Notes under the pieces: generated by a model
Databases searched by the model: none
The model's input: the letters and a program-made list of their open reading frames with translations, nothing else
What the model was told of the DNA's origin: nothing
Assembly (NCBI GenBank): GCA_002897655.1
Contig: BDTJ01000035.1
Coordinates: 1 to 56,053 of the forward strand
Reading direction: 5' to 3'
Source of the DNA: an archaeon BMS3Abin17
GTDB taxonomy: Archaea > Nanobdellota > Nanobdellia > Pacearchaeales > GW2011-AR1
DNA length: 56,053 nt
Made by a program: the position numbers and the translations under genes
Shown: positions 54,960-56,053 of the stretch, one piece after another
Layout of the letters: the number at the start of each line of letters is the position of its first letter
How positions within the stretch are numbered: position 1 is the first letter of the stretch

Positions 54960-55039
54960 TTTCAAATGTTTGTTTACACCTCCTTGGGTGTTTGTGTCAT
55001 TTTTACAAATGAGGAATTAAAATTGCAAGCAATTTTCAT
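54957..55039 (-). repeat. Start-duplicating hairpin leader element
   Basis: ATGAAAA at 55039 and 54959; uORF MKIACNFNSSFVKMTQTPKEV*; AAAATTGC/GCAATTTT; ACACC/GGTGT stem over the SD GGAGGTG; TCATTT/AAATGA. Confidence 0.65.
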
Positions 55040-55041
55040 CT

Positions 55042-55515
55042 TTAAATCAGGATATCATATCCATGTCTTTCATTGCATACATAACTTTTTTGCCCCTTAT
55101 CACTCTCTCCTATTAAGACAGGAATGACTATTAATTTATTTGCACTACCAATTTCACCGGATATGCTCCCTGAAAATGTTCCTCCTTGATTTATTCCAGT
55201 ATTGGGCCAGTCAGATATTTCACTTAAGTCTTTTGTCTCATGGCTCCCAACACTGATAATTTTTATCTTAATCTTGTAAATAGGAATATTTCCTGTATTG
55301 ACAATTGATAAGATTCCTGAAGAATAACTTGCATCAAAAGATACCTCCTCACATATCAGCTTTATGTTTGTATCTCCAAACTTTGTTATTTTATCCTCCA
55401 GCATACTCCTGAACCACAAAAATATAATTAATGCAATCACCACCACCATTGCAATAAGCAATACAGTTGCAATAACAGGGGAAACCCCTTTATTTTTTTT
55501 AATTGGCTTTGGCAT
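55042..55515 (-). CDS. Archaeal type IV pilin
   Basis: KNKG/VSPVIATVLLIA, N.GN motif. Confidence 0.9.
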   Translation of the reverse strand: MPKPIKKNKGVSPVIATVLLIAMVVVIALIIFLWFRSMLEDKITKFGDTNIKLICEEVSFDASYSSGILSIVNTGNIPIYKIKIKIISVGSHETKDLSEISDWPNTGINQGGTFSGSISGEIGSANKLIVIPVLIGESDKGQKSYVCNERHGYDILI

Positions 55516-55516
55516 T

Positions 55517-55852
55517 TTATACTCTTAATTTTTTTATATTTACTTTTTGAATTGATTTGATTGTATTCATCAATTTTAAGGTGCCTATAATAAAAAATAC
55601 TGATGTTAAAGTGTATAATAATGGGATTATTATCCATATCGTATTTGTTATGTCAAGCTTCTTAAAGAAAAGCAATATCATTATTATGCTGTAGACAATC
55701 CATATAAAATTTGATATAAACAGGAAAAACAGGCTTTTCTTAATCTCACCCCTCATCATGCTAAGGCTAATTAAAAAACAGACACCTCCAACAATACCTA
55801 GTATTGCCCCGATTATTCCTAAACCCCAACTGAAAATAACACTATCAACCAT
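55517..55852 (-). CDS. 3-TM membrane protein
   Basis: Hydrophobic helices. Confidence 0.7.
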   Translation of the reverse strand: MVDSVIFSWGLGIIGAILGIVGGVCFLISLSMMRGEIKKSLFFLFISNFIWIVYSIIMILLFFKKLDITNTIWIIIPLLYTLTSVFFIIGTLKLMNTIKSIQKVNIKKLRV

Positions 55853-55914
55853 TTCATCACCTTTTTATATCTTTATTATGTTTTTTTATGTTTTTAAATA
55901 TTTCTTAATTAAAA

Positions 55915-56046
55915 AGAAATCTCCATCTTTGAAGATGGAGTGATGATTCTCCACTAATTATTTATTCTAGAAAATATTGATTATAAGAGCCGAGATACTC
56001 GGCTCCATGAATGTTTCAATTAGTTGGAACTTTCTAGAATAAATAA
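55915..56046. mobile_element. Structured IS200/IS605-end-like element (may continue past the window)
   Basis: AGAAATCTCCATCTT-tg-AAGATGGAGTGATGATTC; 16-bp inverted repeat 55958-55973/56031-56046 enclosing GAGCCGAG-ata-CTCGGCTC. Confidence 0.55.
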
Positions 56047-56053
56047 ATGTTTG

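Noticed and set aside
1954-55943. Numerous antisense or overlapping ORFs in the track (e.g. 2354-2734, 6745-7203, 8211-8642, 14672-15094, 20527-20961, 52313-52672)
   Set aside because: They are shadows of well-supported genes on the opposite strand or frame, have F/S/L/I-rich composition, and show no motifs.

Overview
AT-rich chromosomal segment of a DPANN archaeon. Gene content and protein style suggest Pacearchaeota/Woesearchaeota, which is an inference. Core blocks are rps2-eno-rpoK, the exosome/proteasome superoperon (rnp2-psmA-SBDS-rrp4-rrp41-rrp42), RNase J, mre11/rad50 (split by aroB and trpD), psmB-aCPSF1, CCA enzyme, oapABC, surface proteins, and a type IV pilus operon with an intein-bearing ATPase that runs into archease-rtcB. 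Accessory genes include three TA pairs, a NYN protein and an HNH endonuclease. No intact tRNA, rRNA, CRISPR array, integrase or transposase was seen. Three signals stand out. (1) A family of short twin-hairpin palindromic elements that occurs in frame inside rps2 and archease (homologous 22-aa peptides), and also right behind start codons, where the start is repeated downstream with a short uORF and usually an SD-like motif and an anti-start hairpin (six cases). (2) An IS200/IS605-end-like 115-bp insert that splits trpD. (3) Six orphan tRNA 3'-end-like fragments lying at gene or cassette boundaries. All calls come from reading the sequence by eye; no searches or folding programs were run.
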